From Myxococcales bacterium (GTDB lineage Bacteria; Myxococcota_A; Bradymonadia; REDH01), in the NCBI GenBank assembly GCA_020633625.1, contig JACKDJ010000023.1:531-64530 (forward strand): a stretch of 64,000 bases of DNA, read 5' to 3'. Shown piece after piece: positions 1 through 11,319 of the stretch (position 1 is the stretch's first letter; each line of letters starts with the position of its first letter). The notes beneath the pieces are model-generated. The model made no database searches and had not been told where the DNA came from. It saw only the letters and a list, made by a program, of their open reading frames with translations. The position numbers and the translations under genes were made by a program.

Positions 1-435
1 CTCTTCGGTGTCGGTGTCGTAGACTTGGCACGTCTCGATGTGTCCGTCGACGCAGCGCGTCTCGCGGTACACCGCGCAGCTCTCGACGTCGGACTCCGCC
101 AGCGGGTCCGCAGGCGCCGCGAAGATCGGCCAGTTCAGCTCCACCGAGAAGTCCGGCGGCGGCACATCGGGAGTGACGTCTTCGGCGTCTGGTGCCACGT
201 CGCCAGAGCCGTCCGCAGCATCCACCGCGTCGGGCGTCGTGTCCGTGGCGTCAACACCGACATCGGTGGTGTCGGCGACGTCGCTCGCGTCGGTGTCGGG
301 TTCGGCGTCCCCGGTTTCGACGTCGGTGGAGGTGTCGGCGGCGTCGGTCGTCTCTTCGCCTTCTTCACCTCCGCACGCCGCCAGCGGCGACAGGAGGGCG
401 ACGAAGGCGGTCAGGGCTAGCTTTCTACGATGCAT
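1..435 (-). CDS. Lipoprotein with acidic low-complexity linker, partial (3' end lies beyond window start)
   Basis: Manual reverse-strand translation from the ATG at 435..433 gives MHRRKLALTAFVALLSPLAACGGEEGEETTDAADTSTDVETGDAEPDTDASDV...CAVYRETRCVDGHIETCQVYDTDTEE. It has a signal peptide plus lipobox (LAAC). The frame stays open to position 1, so it is absent from the ORF track. Confidence 0.6.
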   Translation of the reverse strand, partial: MHRRKLALTAFVALLSPLAACGGEEGEETTDAADTSTDVETGDAEPDTDASDVADTTDVGVDATDTTPDAVDAADGSGDVAPDAEDVTPDVPPPDFSVELNWPIFAAPADPLAESDVESCAVYRETRCVDGHIETCQVYDTDTEE

Positions 436-511
436 GCGGCGCTCCGGTGTTGCGTCGAGCCACCTTTAGCGGCTCACTGCGGCACGCGCCACCGTTGCGT
501 GAGCATCCAGA

Positions 512-1762
512 ATGCTCATGCTGGCCGACACTCGCCCGAGCTGCTCCAACGTGAACTCGTCCGACCCCCAGACTGCACGCAGAGTTGTCGTCCTCTCCGA
601 CATCGAGATGGGCGCCGGCGGTCCCACCGACGACTTCCCCAGGACCGACTGGCTACTCGAGCTCCTCCGCGACGAGGCCGCCGCAACCCCCGCGGGCATT
701 GAGCTCGTCTTCGTCTTTAACGGAGACACGTTCGACTTCCTCAAGACCCACCGCGTCGACGGCAGCATCGCTCGCCTCATCGATGAGCGCTGCGCGCTCG
801 AGAAGCTCGACCGCATCGCCGCGGCCCACGACGCGTTCTTCAGCGGGCTCGGCGACACCCTCCGCACGCGGTCCCGAACGCGCGCGGTCTTCACGACCGG
901 AAACCACGACTACGAGCTCGAGTTCGGCGCCGTCAGAGCCTCGATCGCCGCACGCATCGCCGCCCCGGGCCGTGTCGAGTTCGTCGGGGCCGGCGTGGCC
1001 CTCGGCGACGCGTGGATCGAGCACGGCAGCCAAGAAGACGCGATGTTCCGCTTCGACTTCGCGTCACCGCTGCTCGAGCACGACGGCGTCAACGTCCTGC
1101 GGCTCCCGTGGGGCGCCATCGGAATCATCGACGTCATGCTCCCGATGCACGAACTCTTCGCGCACCACGACCGTATGCGCCCCCGAGGCCTCGTCTTCGA
1201 GGTCTTCCCCGAGCTGCGCGAGCTCCTCGTCGGTCGCGCCTGGCGCTACTGGAGCCGCGACTACCTGCGCCGCTGGTGGGGCGGCAGCGATCCCCTCGCC
1301 CGCGTCTCCTGGCGAATGGCGCGCGAGATCGTCTGGCGCCTCGGCACGGCGAACGCGTCACTCTCGGTCCACCAGCGCTACCGCCAGCGACTCGTCGACG
1401 GACCGCACCGAGTGATCGTCATCGGCCACGAGCACGAGGCCTCGTGGTGGGCCCACGCCGACCGCAAGCTCCTCACCACGGGCTGCCTCCGCTGCGAGTT
1501 CGCGCTGAGCCCAGACGGCAAGCAGACCACCCTGCTGCCAAGCGTATACGCCGAGCTCCTCCAAGACTCCTCCGGCCGAACCTTCCGTTCGGAGCTCAGG
1601 GAGCGACTAGGCCCAGAGCCGCCAACGGGCTGGGCCCCCGCCTCCATCTTCGACGTCCGACCCACCGTAGAAGCGATGCTTGCCGAGCAGCGCGACCGCC
1701 GCGAAGTCGCCCAAGCCCAGGTCGCCCACGAAAGCACCGACGACGAGTCCGACGGCGCCTGA
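512..1762 (+). CDS. Metallophosphoesterase (calcineurin-like phosphoesterase family)
   Basis: ORF 512..1762. Motifs present are NGDTFDF (GDxxD), TTGNHDYE (GNHD/E) and VIGHEHE (GHxH). Motif I reads SDIEMG, with Glu where His is expected. The start could also be the second ATG at 518. Confidence 0.75.
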   Translation: MLMLADTRPSCSNVNSSDPQTARRVVVLSDIEMGAGGPTDDFPRTDWLLELLRDEAAATPAGIELVFVFNGDTFDFLKTHRVDGSIARLIDERCALEKLDRIAAAHDAFFSGLGDTLRTRSRTRAVFTTGNHDYELEFGAVRASIAARIAAPGRVEFVGAGVALGDAWIEHGSQEDAMFRFDFASPLLEHDGVNVLRLPWGAIGIIDVMLPMHELFAHHDRMRPRGLVFEVFPELRELLVGRAWRYWSRDYLRRWWGGSDPLARVSWRMAREIVWRLGTANASLSVHQRYRQRLVDGPHRVIVIGHEHEASWWAHADRKLLTTGCLRCEFALSPDGKQTTLLPSVYAELLQDSSGRTFRSELRERLGPEPPTGWAPASIFDVRPTVEAMLAEQRDRREVAQAQVAHESTDDESDGA

Positions 1763-1770
1763 GCACCCGC

Positions 1771-2291
1771 GCCGCTCCTTCCCGAAGGTAGTTTCGGGGC
1801 CCGGGGCCGCTCCTTCCCGAAGGTAGTTTCCGGCGGTGGGGCGGGTCCGGCCGCTCCTTCCCGAAGGTAGTTTCGCGGCGGTGGGGCGGGGCCCTCCCGA
1901 AGGTAGTTTCGCGGCGGTGGTAGTTTCGCGGCGGTGGGGCGGGGCCCTCCCGAAGGTAGTTTCGCGGCGGTGGGGCGAGTCCCTCCCGAAGGTAGTTTCG
2001 CGGCGGTGGGGTGGGGCCCTCCCGAAGGTACACCCGCGCCTCCCGGGCACGCTCTGGGGCGGGGCCCTCCCGAAGGTAGTTTCGCGGCGGTGGGGCGGGT
2101 CCCTACTCCTCCGCGGGCGGGGGCGGGGCCCTCCCGAAGGTAGTTTCGTGGCCCGCGAGACGAGCGCGCTGCTCCGCCGCGGCCGACCCCGGCGGTGGGG
2201 CGGGTCCCTACTCCGCTGGCGGGGCCGGGGGCTTCCCGAAGGTAGTTTCGCGGCCCGCGAGACGAGCGCGCTACTCCGCCGCGGCCGACCC
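1771..2291 (+). repeat. Degenerate tandem array (about 36-bp unit) of a REP-like element with core CCCGAAGGTAGTTTC
   Basis: Core copies are all in the same orientation and start at 1781, 1816, 1860, 1896, 1949, 1985, 2021 (truncated), 2069, 2133 and 2234, plus a partial copy at 1921. The typical unit is CTCCCGAAGGTAGTTTCGCGGCGGTGGGGCGGGGCC. The array fills the convergent gap between the stop codons at 1762 and 2271. Confidence 0.9.
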
Positions 2292-2951
2292 CTCCGCCGC
2301 GGCCGACCCCTCAGCCGCCGCCGACCCCTCAGCCGCGCCGCTGCCGTCGGACCCCTCCGCCGGACTCGGCACCGCCACCGGCTCGGGCGCCGGCGGCGCT
2401 ACCTCCGGCTCGGGCGCGGGCGCGGGGAGCGACTCCACGAGCGTCTTCAGCGATGCGAGGCCCTCTTCGTAGTCCGCGCCGAGGAACTTCTCCATCGCCA
2501 GGTTGAAGTACCTGCGCATCGGATTCATCCCGGCGTTGACCTCGAACGACCAGGTGACGTGGCTGCCCGTCTCGGTCGGCTCGATGGTCATCTCTGCGAA
2601 CGCGTCGCCCTGGCCCTCGAACTCGATGTGGGTGCGGACGCGGCGGTCGGCCTCGGACTCGACGATCGACATCCGCCCAGAGCCAGACACCTTCGGGTCG
2701 CCCGACCATGTGTACGACGCGCCCACGCCCTCTGTCTGATCGGCGTAGATCTGCGTCGCCGTCGGGTCACGCCGAAGCCACGGCTGCCACTCCCCGAACT
2801 TCTTCAGATCGTTCAGGTACGGGAAGATCACGGCCGCGGGCGCGGCGATCTCGGTCGACCGCTCGACGTGAGCCTCGGCCGGGATCAAGTACGCTGCGCC
2901 GATCAGACCGAGCAGCAGCGCCAGAACGACTCGAAGGACCTTCTTCATCAC
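2271..2951 (-). CDS. SRPBCC-family (polyketide cyclase/dehydrase-like) exported protein with C-terminal (GSAAAE)n tail
   Basis: ORF 2271..2951. The N-terminal signal peptide is MMKKVLRVVLALLLGLIGAAYLIPAEA. The sequence HVERSTEIAAPAAVIFPYLNDLKKFGEWQPW is typical of SRPBCC ligand-binding domains. The tail is encoded by 18-nt tandem repeats at about 2274-2330. Confidence 0.75.
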   Translation of the reverse strand: MMKKVLRVVLALLLGLIGAAYLIPAEAHVERSTEIAAPAAVIFPYLNDLKKFGEWQPWLRRDPTATQIYADQTEGVGASYTWSGDPKVSGSGRMSIVESEADRRVRTHIEFEGQGDAFAEMTIEPTETGSHVTWSFEVNAGMNPMRRYFNLAMEKFLGADYEEGLASLKTLVESLPAPAPEPEVAPPAPEPVAVPSPAEGSDGSGAAEGSAAAEGSAAAEGSAAAE

Positions 2952-3113
2952 AGGCGTCCGTGTAGGGGAGTGTCACCAGCGGATCGCAGACCGCGCGCGA
3001 TAGTGCAAGATCTCCCACCCAGCGCGACCCGCGCCTCGATTCGCGCGGCGGACGACGAGCCTCACCCACTCCGCGGGTTACATCGCCACGGACTGACGCT
3101 AGGCTGACGCGCG

Positions 3114-5146
<2,033 letters not shown>

Positions 5147-5147
<1 letters not shown>

Positions 5148-5926
5148 TGCCAACCCTCACCCGCAGACAGCTCCTCGCCGTCGGCGCCGCGCTCGCGGCC
5201 GCGCAGCTTGGCGGGCCACGCCGAGCCCTCGCGTTTGGGGACGACGAGCAGTTCGACCTGCCGCTGATCGAGTACGACGGCCCCTGGAGCGGGCGCCCGA
5301 ACGCGGTCCGCCGTGTCCTCCAGGAGGTCGAGATGACGACCAGCGTGTTAGTCGTCGACACGTCGGCGAGCCTCCCACTGACGCTCGACGGCCTCCTTCG
5401 CTCCCCAATCGCGGTCCTCTGGGGCGACCGCGGCTTCGCGCCGCTGACAGACGACGCCCGAACCGCCCTCGCCACCTGGCTCGGCGCCGGCGGCTTGCTC
5501 TTCATCGACGGCGCAGACACCCGCCCGGACGGCGACTTCGACGCGTCCGTCCGCCGCGAGCTGGCCGCGATCCTACCCGACGCGCCCCTCACCGAGATCG
5601 GCCGCGACCACGTCCTCTGGCGCACGTTCTACATCGTCGAGCGGAACCCCGGCCGGCTGCGCCTCGACGCTCCCCTCTACGGCGCCACCCGTGACGACCG
5701 GCTCGCCGTCATCTACTCCACGAACGACGTCCTCGGCGCGTGGTCTCGCGACAACCTCGGCGCGTGGGACTTCGAGGTGGTCGGCGGCGACGAGCGCCAG
5801 CGGGACCTCACCCTCCGCTTCGGCGTCAACCTCGCGATGTATGCCCTCTGCCTGGACTACAAAGAAGACCAGGTCCACGTGAACTACCTGCTCCGCCGCC
5901 GGCGGTGGACGGTCGACCCGCAGTGA
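5147..5926 (+). CDS. DUF4159-like exported protein (Tat signal)
   Basis: ORF 5147..5926. The start ATG overlaps the helicase stop (TGATG). The twin-arginine leader is MPTLTRRQLLAVGAALAAAQ. The body (GGLLFIDG...DHVLWRTFY...RLAVIYSTNDVLGAWSRD) resembles DUF4159 proteins of aerotolerance-type operons. Confidence 0.65.
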
Positions 5927-8250
5927 CCGGCTACGATCGCACCGACCTGCTCCTCCTCGGCAACTGGAGCCACACACAGATCGCACTCTTCGCGACGCTC
6001 GCGCTCGGCCTGTGTGTGTTGACGTGGCTCGACGTCCGAGACTTGCCGCGACCGCGGGGTCCCATCCTCGTCGCGCTTCGCGCGCTGGCCCTGGCCCTCG
6101 CGTTGGCACTCCTGCTCGAACCTGCCCTGGAGCAGAAGGACGTGTCGCTGGTGCGGAATCACGTCGCCGTCCTCGTCGACGTCTCCGAGAGCGAGGCCCT
6201 CCCGACCCCCGATGGCCGCACACGCCTCGACCGCGCCCGCGACGCTGTCGCGGCGATGCGCCTCTCGCCCGACGACCCCGAGCACGAGTTCGAGGTCATC
6301 GCCTTCGATGATGGCGGCACGCCAATCACGCCGACCGCCCTGCAGACCACACCTGCCGCCGGTCAGGCCACGCACACGCTCGAGACGCTCGAGCAGGTCG
6401 CCAGCCGGCTCGGGCCGCGCGCGCTGGGCGGCGTCGTGATCGTCAGCGACGGCATCGACAACGGCGCGCTCGGCTCCCGCGTCCGCCGCGGAGACCCCCT
6501 CGACGCCCAGACCGCCGACGCCCTCCAGCGGCTCGGCGCACCGGTTCATACAATCGCCACGGGCGCGGCAGACGAGCTGCGAGACATCGCCGTCACCGCC
6601 GTCGACTACGACGAGTTCGCGTTCGTGCGAAACGTCGTCGCCGTGAGCGCCGAGCTGCGCGTGCTTGGATTTCGCGCCAGCGACGGCGACCTCGACGTGA
6701 CCCTCTCGCGCGACGGCGCCCCGCTACAGACTCGCCGCCTCTCGCTCGTCGACGGACAACGAGACTACCGCGTCGAGTTCGAGTTCGTCCCCGAGCAGAT
6801 CGGTACCGAGGTGTACTCCGTCTCGACTCCGGTACGCCCCGGCGAGGCGCTGAGCGCAAACAATCGGGAGTGGTTCGTTCTGAGGGTGATCCGGGACAAG
6901 ATCCGCGCGCTGCAGGTCGTCGGCCGGCCGAGCTGGGACGTACGGTTCCTGCGGCAACTGCTGCAGAGCAACCCGAACGTCGACCTGATCAACTTCTTCA
7001 TCCTTCGCACGCAAGAAGACGTCCAGCGAGGCTCCGAGCGAGACCTCTCGCTCATCCCCTTCCCAACCGAGGAGCTGTTCGACCAGCAGCTCGGCAGCTT
7101 CGACGTCGTCATCTTCCAGAACTTCGACTACGGACCCTACGACATGCAGCGGTACCTGCCGCGCATCCGCGACTACGTCAGAAACGGCGGCGGGTTCGTG
7201 ATGATCGGCGGGGACCGCTCGTTTGGTGCAGGCGGCTACGGCTCGACCGTCATCGCCGACCTCCTCCCCGTGACCCTCCCAGCCTCGCGCGGCGCCGACT
7301 CCATCGACCTCGGCAGCTTTCGGCCCACCCTCACCGCCGCAGGGCGGCGTCACCCCATAACGCGCGTCGAGTTCGACCCCGCCCGAAACGCCTCCGTGTG
7401 GGACACGCTCCCCGTCTGGAACGGCACAAACCGCGTCCTCGGCCCGCGCGACGGCGCCGTCGTCCTAGCGACACACCCGACTCTTCGGGGTGCCAACGGC
7501 GAGCCGATGCCCGTCATCGCCGTCGCAGACGTCGAGAGGGGCCGCACGATGGCCGTCACCTCCGACGGCACATGGCGCTGGAGCTTCGACCGCGTCGGGC
7601 GAGGGGAGGGGAGCGGTCCTTACTCCGCCTTCTGGAACAGCGCGATCCGATGGCTGATCCGCGACCCGGAGCTCAACCTGATCGACGTCGCGATCCCGGA
7701 TCCCGTCGTCGAGCTCGCCCCCGGGGCCACCGTCGACCTCCCGATCACCGTCCGCGTCTTCGAGCCCGACTACACACCGGCCGCCGGCGAGCACGCGTCC
7801 GTCACCATCTCGCGGCGCGCCCTCGACGGCGCGGACGGCGATGCCGCGGAGCTCGTACAGCAGACCTCTCTCGACATCGACGACGGTGGACGGGCGGCGC
7901 TGCGGCTCTCGATCGACACACCCGGCGCCTATGAGGTCGTCGCAGACGCACCCCTCGCCGACGGCACCGAGCGGCGCGACCGCGAGGTCTTCCTCGTCCT
8001 CCCGCGAAGCCGAGAGCTGCGCGACATCGAACCCCGTCCCGACCTCCTCGCCGCGCTCGCCGAGGCGGGCGGCGGGCGCGCCGTCGGCCCGCACGACGCC
8101 GTCGGTAACCTCGAGTTTCTCCCCGCGCAGGTGGAGCAGGTCGACCGCCGAGAGGTCGTCGAGCTCTGGAGCTCCCCGTGGACGCTGGCGCTGCTCGCCC
8201 TCATCCTCGGCGGCGAGTGGTCGCTGCGGCGCCGATGGGGGCGCCTGTGA
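5923..8250 (+). CDS. Membrane protein with BatA-like N-terminal double-TM segment, vWA-like region and glutamine-amidotransferase-like domain
   Basis: This is the in-frame part of ORF 5740..8250. I chose the GTG at 5923 because it overlaps the upstream stop (GTGA). N-terminal TM helices are LFATLALGLCVLTWL and ALRALALALALALLLEP. Other segments are VAVLVDVSES and DVVIFQNFDY...GGGFVMIGGDRSFGAGGY, with a C-terminal TM (WTLALLALILGGEW). Confidence 0.6.
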   Translation: MTGYDRTDLLLLGNWSHTQIALFATLALGLCVLTWLDVRDLPRPRGPILVALRALALALALALLLEPALEQKDVSLVRNHVAVLVDVSESEALPTPDGRTRLDRARDAVAAMRLSPDDPEHEFEVIAFDDGGTPITPTALQTTPAAGQATHTLETLEQVASRLGPRALGGVVIVSDGIDNGALGSRVRRGDPLDAQTADALQRLGAPVHTIATGAADELRDIAVTAVDYDEFAFVRNVVAVSAELRVLGFRASDGDLDVTLSRDGAPLQTRRLSLVDGQRDYRVEFEFVPEQIGTEVYSVSTPVRPGEALSANNREWFVLRVIRDKIRALQVVGRPSWDVRFLRQLLQSNPNVDLINFFILRTQEDVQRGSERDLSLIPFPTEELFDQQLGSFDVVIFQNFDYGPYDMQRYLPRIRDYVRNGGGFVMIGGDRSFGAGGYGSTVIADLLPVTLPASRGADSIDLGSFRPTLTAAGRRHPITRVEFDPARNASVWDTLPVWNGTNRVLGPRDGAVVLATHPTLRGANGEPMPVIAVADVERGRTMAVTSDGTWRWSFDRVGRGEGSGPYSAFWNSAIRWLIRDPELNLIDVAIPDPVVELAPGATVDLPITVRVFEPDYTPAAGEHASVTISRRALDGADGDAAELVQQTSLDIDDGGRAALRLSIDTPGAYEVVADAPLADGTERRDREVFLVLPRSRELRDIEPRPDLLAALAEAGGGRAVGPHDAVGNLEFLPAQVEQVDRREVVELWSSPWTLALLALILGGEWSLRRRWGRL

Positions 8251-11200
8251 CCCGCGCACGGGCGCTCGCCGCGCGGGGCCTGCGACTCGGAGTCGCGGTC
8301 GCCCTCGCTGCCGCGGTCGCCTGCGACGACGCCACCCCGCTCGGGTATGTGTTGGGCGACGCCGCCACCGACGGTGCTGGCGACGCAGCAACTTCGGACG
8401 CGACCGACGCGGATGCCGCGGTCGACCAAGACAGCGCGTCCGACGCCGATGATGCAAACCCAGACGCGTCGGACTCCGACACGCCCGACGCCGCAGACGC
8501 TCCCGACGAAGGCGACGCGACCGACGCCCATGACGCTCCCGACGCGGCCGACCCGGGGTCTGACCCGGAGGTCGACGGGACAGACGCAGACGTCGATTCT
8601 GACGTGGACGACGCCCCGTTTGTGTGTGGCGAGGGAACGACGCCGGCCTGGGCGGCGCTCGCGGGCTCGACCCTGACCGCGCGATGCTCGACGCGGTCGG
8701 TCGCCGTCACGGTGTACGACGACGCCACCCTCCGGCTCGTGACCGCCGCTCCGGGCGCTGCCGTCGACGCCCCCGCGAGCCGCGCCGTCGTCGCGACGCC
8801 AGCGCTCGCTTCGGCGGCGGGCGGGGGCGACGCCACGGGAGCGGCGACCGTCTGCTCCGGCGACTGGCGCGTCGTCGTAGACGACCGATGCCGGGTCCGT
8901 GTCTATGACGGCCTCGGGGTGGAGCGCATGCGAGACGCCGACGATGCCGGCGCGATCACGGCGACTGGCGTGACGCTCCGGCGCGAGGTGCCGACGGGCG
9001 CGCGCTTCTACGGGTTCGGCGAGCACACGGGGCCGCTCGAGCGGACGGCCACACAGACGACGTACTGGAACACAGACGCATACGACACGACCTACGGCGG
9101 GTGGGCGCCCGACGCAGACCCGATGTACATGTCACTCCCGTTCGGAATGTGGCTCGAGGGTGGCGTAGCGACCGGGCTCTTCACCGACGACTCTCGGCGG
9201 CAGCGGCTCGAGCTCGGCGACGCTACCCTCGCGGTAGACGTCGACACGGCGGGCCCTGTCGTTCAGTATATGTATGGCGGGCCAACCCCCGCCGACGTCG
9301 TGCGGCGGTACACCGCGATGACCGGACGCCCGTCGCGCCCGCCGCTCTGGGCGCTCGGCTTTCACCAGTCCCGCTGGGGCTACCAAGACGCCGCGACCGT
9401 CGAGGCGATCGCGGGGGAGCTCCGAGCGCGCGGGTTCGGGGCCGACGCCCTGACGCTCGACATTCAGCACATGGACGGCTTTCGGACGTTCACGTTCGAC
9501 CCGCTCCGGTTCGCCGACCCCGAGGGGCTCGCTGCCCGCCTCGCCTCGCTAGACTTCAGGCTGGTCGCGATCGCAGACCCGGGGATCAAGCAGGACCCGG
9601 GCTGGGACGTCTACGCGTCGGGTCTCGCTGCGGGTGTGTACGTCATGCGCGGGGCAACACCCTATGTCGGCGTCGTTTGGCCGGGCGACGCGGTGTTCGT
9701 CGACTTCGCGCTCGGCCGGGGCCGCGATTGGTGGGCGGCGCGGGTCGCTGAGCTGGCGGGGCGGGGGGTCGCCGGAGTGTGGCTCGACGTCAACGAGCCG
9801 ACGAACTTCCCGGAGGGCGGCTCGGGACTGTCGGTCCCCAACGAGCTGGCGGTCGGCGAGGTCGACCGGGGCGAGACGATGGCGAGCGTTCACAACGTGT
9901 ATGGAATGCTCGAGGCGCAGGCCACCGTCGAGGGCCTGCGCGCGGCGCGCCCCGACGAGCGCCCGTTCGTGTTTTCGCGCGCCGGCTATGCCGGCATACA
10001 GCGCTCGGCGGCGACGTGGACCGGAGATGTGCCGAGCACGTGGTGGGCGCTGCAGATGACGCTGCCGATGGTGCTGAACATGGGGCTGAGCGGCATGCCG
10101 TTCGTTGGCAGCGACGTCGGTGGGTACAGCGGAAACGCCTCGCCAGAGCTCTACGCCCGCTGGGTCCAGCTCGGCGCGTTCACGCCGTACTTTCGCGCGC
10201 ACGTGACCTCGGGCGTCCCGGGCCAGGAGCCGTGGATGTTTGGGACCGAGACCGAAGACATCGCCCGCGAGGTGATCGCGCTCCGCTACGAGCTGATGCC
10301 CTACCTCTACTCGCTGATGGTCGAGGCGTCGGAGACGGGAGCGCCGCCCCTTCGACCCATCCTGTGGGAGTTCCCGACCGACGCGTCGGCCGCGGCCATC
10401 GACGACGAGGCGATGTTTGGCCCGTGGCTGTTCGTCGCGCCGGTGCTGGAGGAGGGCGCGACCACCCGGACCGTCCGGCTGCCTCCTGGTCGCTGGGTGG
10501 AGTGGCGCTCGGGCCGCCTCGAGGTGGGTCCGGCAACGCTAGAGGAGCGCGTCACGCGCGCGGGCCTGCCGCTCTACCTGCGCGAGGGCGCGATCATACC
10601 GACGTGGCCGACGGTGACGTCGACGGCGGCGGGCTGGCCGGCGACGCTGGGCCTCGAGGTCGTCGAGCCGCCCGACGCAGGCTCCGCCTTCACCGTGGTG
10701 ATCGACGACGGACAAACGGAGCGCTGGCGAGACGGCGCCGTGGCACGGCTACGGGTCCGCACCTCGCGCGCGGGCAGCACCCTGACCGTCGACGCCGCGA
10801 CGACGGGCTCGCTGGCCCTCCCATTCGACACGGTCGAGCTCCGCCTGCGCCCATACGCCACGGCCCCCGCGGCGGTTCGCCTCGACGGCGTTCCGCTCCC
10901 GGGCGACAGTTGGCGGTTCGACGAAGCGGACCAAGCCATCTACGTCGAGCTCGCCGCGACCCGCGCATGGCGCCTCGAAGTCGACGGTGGCCCCGCCAGT
11001 GAGACAGCCCCGACGGTCCCGATCCGCTTCGTCGTCGACGTTCCACCCGGCACCTCGGCGGCGGACACGATCCACATCGCGGGCGAGCCGACGGCGTGGG
11101 AGCACGTCCCGATGACCTGGGAGATCCCGGGCGCCCGCGCCGCCATCACACTGCCGGTCCCAAGGGGCGCCTTCTTCGACTACAAGTACACCCGCGGCGG

Positions 11201-11318
11201 CTGGGAGACGGTCGAGAAGTGGCCGGGCTGCGCAGAGGCGGCGAACCGATACGGGTTCGGGCAGGCTTATCCGGAGAGGGCGGACCGGGTGTTCGAGTGG
11301 CGGGACTGGTGCGAGTGA
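8235..11318 (+). CDS. Glycoside hydrolase family 31 (alpha-glucosidase-like) lipoprotein with C-terminal starch-binding-like module
   Basis: In-frame part of ORF 8178..11318. The start is ATG 8235 or GTG 8247 (GTGA overlap with the upstream stop). The lipobox is LAAAVAC, followed by a D/A-rich linker. GH31 signatures are GVWLDVNEP and FVGSDVGGY. The C-terminus (IRFVVDVPP...IHIAGEP...FDYKYTRGGWETVEKW) resembles a CBM20-type module. Confidence 0.85.
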   Translation: MGAPVTRARALAARGLRLGVAVALAAAVACDDATPLGYVLGDAATDGAGDAATSDATDADAAVDQDSASDADDANPDASDSDTPDAADAPDEGDATDAHDAPDAADPGSDPEVDGTDADVDSDVDDAPFVCGEGTTPAWAALAGSTLTARCSTRSVAVTVYDDATLRLVTAAPGAAVDAPASRAVVATPALASAAGGGDATGAATVCSGDWRVVVDDRCRVRVYDGLGVERMRDADDAGAITATGVTLRREVPTGARFYGFGEHTGPLERTATQTTYWNTDAYDTTYGGWAPDADPMYMSLPFGMWLEGGVATGLFTDDSRRQRLELGDATLAVDVDTAGPVVQYMYGGPTPADVVRRYTAMTGRPSRPPLWALGFHQSRWGYQDAATVEAIAGELRARGFGADALTLDIQHMDGFRTFTFDPLRFADPEGLAARLASLDFRLVAIADPGIKQDPGWDVYASGLAAGVYVMRGATPYVGVVWPGDAVFVDFALGRGRDWWAARVAELAGRGVAGVWLDVNEPTNFPEGGSGLSVPNELAVGEVDRGETMASVHNVYGMLEAQATVEGLRAARPDERPFVFSRAGYAGIQRSAATWTGDVPSTWWALQMTLPMVLNMGLSGMPFVGSDVGGYSGNASPELYARWVQLGAFTPYFRAHVTSGVPGQEPWMFGTETEDIAREVIALRYELMPYLYSLMVEASETGAPPLRPILWEFPTDASAAAIDDEAMFGPWLFVAPVLEEGATTRTVRLPPGRWVEWRSGRLEVGPATLEERVTRAGLPLYLREGAIIPTWPTVTSTAAGWPATLGLEVVEPPDAGSAFTVVIDDGQTERWRDGAVARLRVRTSRAGSTLTVDAATTGSLALPFDTVELRLRPYATAPAAVRLDGVPLPGDSWRFDEADQAIYVELAATRAWRLEVDGGPASETAPTVPIRFVVDVPPGTSAADTIHIAGEPTAWEHVPMTWEIPGARAAITLPVPRGAFFDYKYTRGGWETVEKWPGCAEAANRYGFGQAYPERADRVFEWRDWCE

Positions 11319-11319
11319 G

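Noticed and set aside
1771-2291. CRISPR array interpretation of the regularly spaced 34-36-bp repeats (also at 44790-45310)
   Set aside because: There are no unique spacers. The sequence between cores is itself the repeated arm, so the units abut as tandem repeats. Spacing is irregular (35-101 nt) because of partial duplications. No cas genes are in the window, and a Y1 transposase gene is adjacent instead.
1596-3107. Long ORFs across the repeat arrays as repeat-containing proteins (for example 1836..3107, 1596..2033, 1607..2050; likewise 44478..45323, 44702..46039 and the N-terminal half of 43651..45549)
   Set aside because: Their repeat peptides (PEGSFAAVGRG, Arg/Gly/Pro-rich) simply mirror the DNA repeat in several frames on both strands. 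They also overlap well-supported genes. They are GC-rich open frames, not genes.
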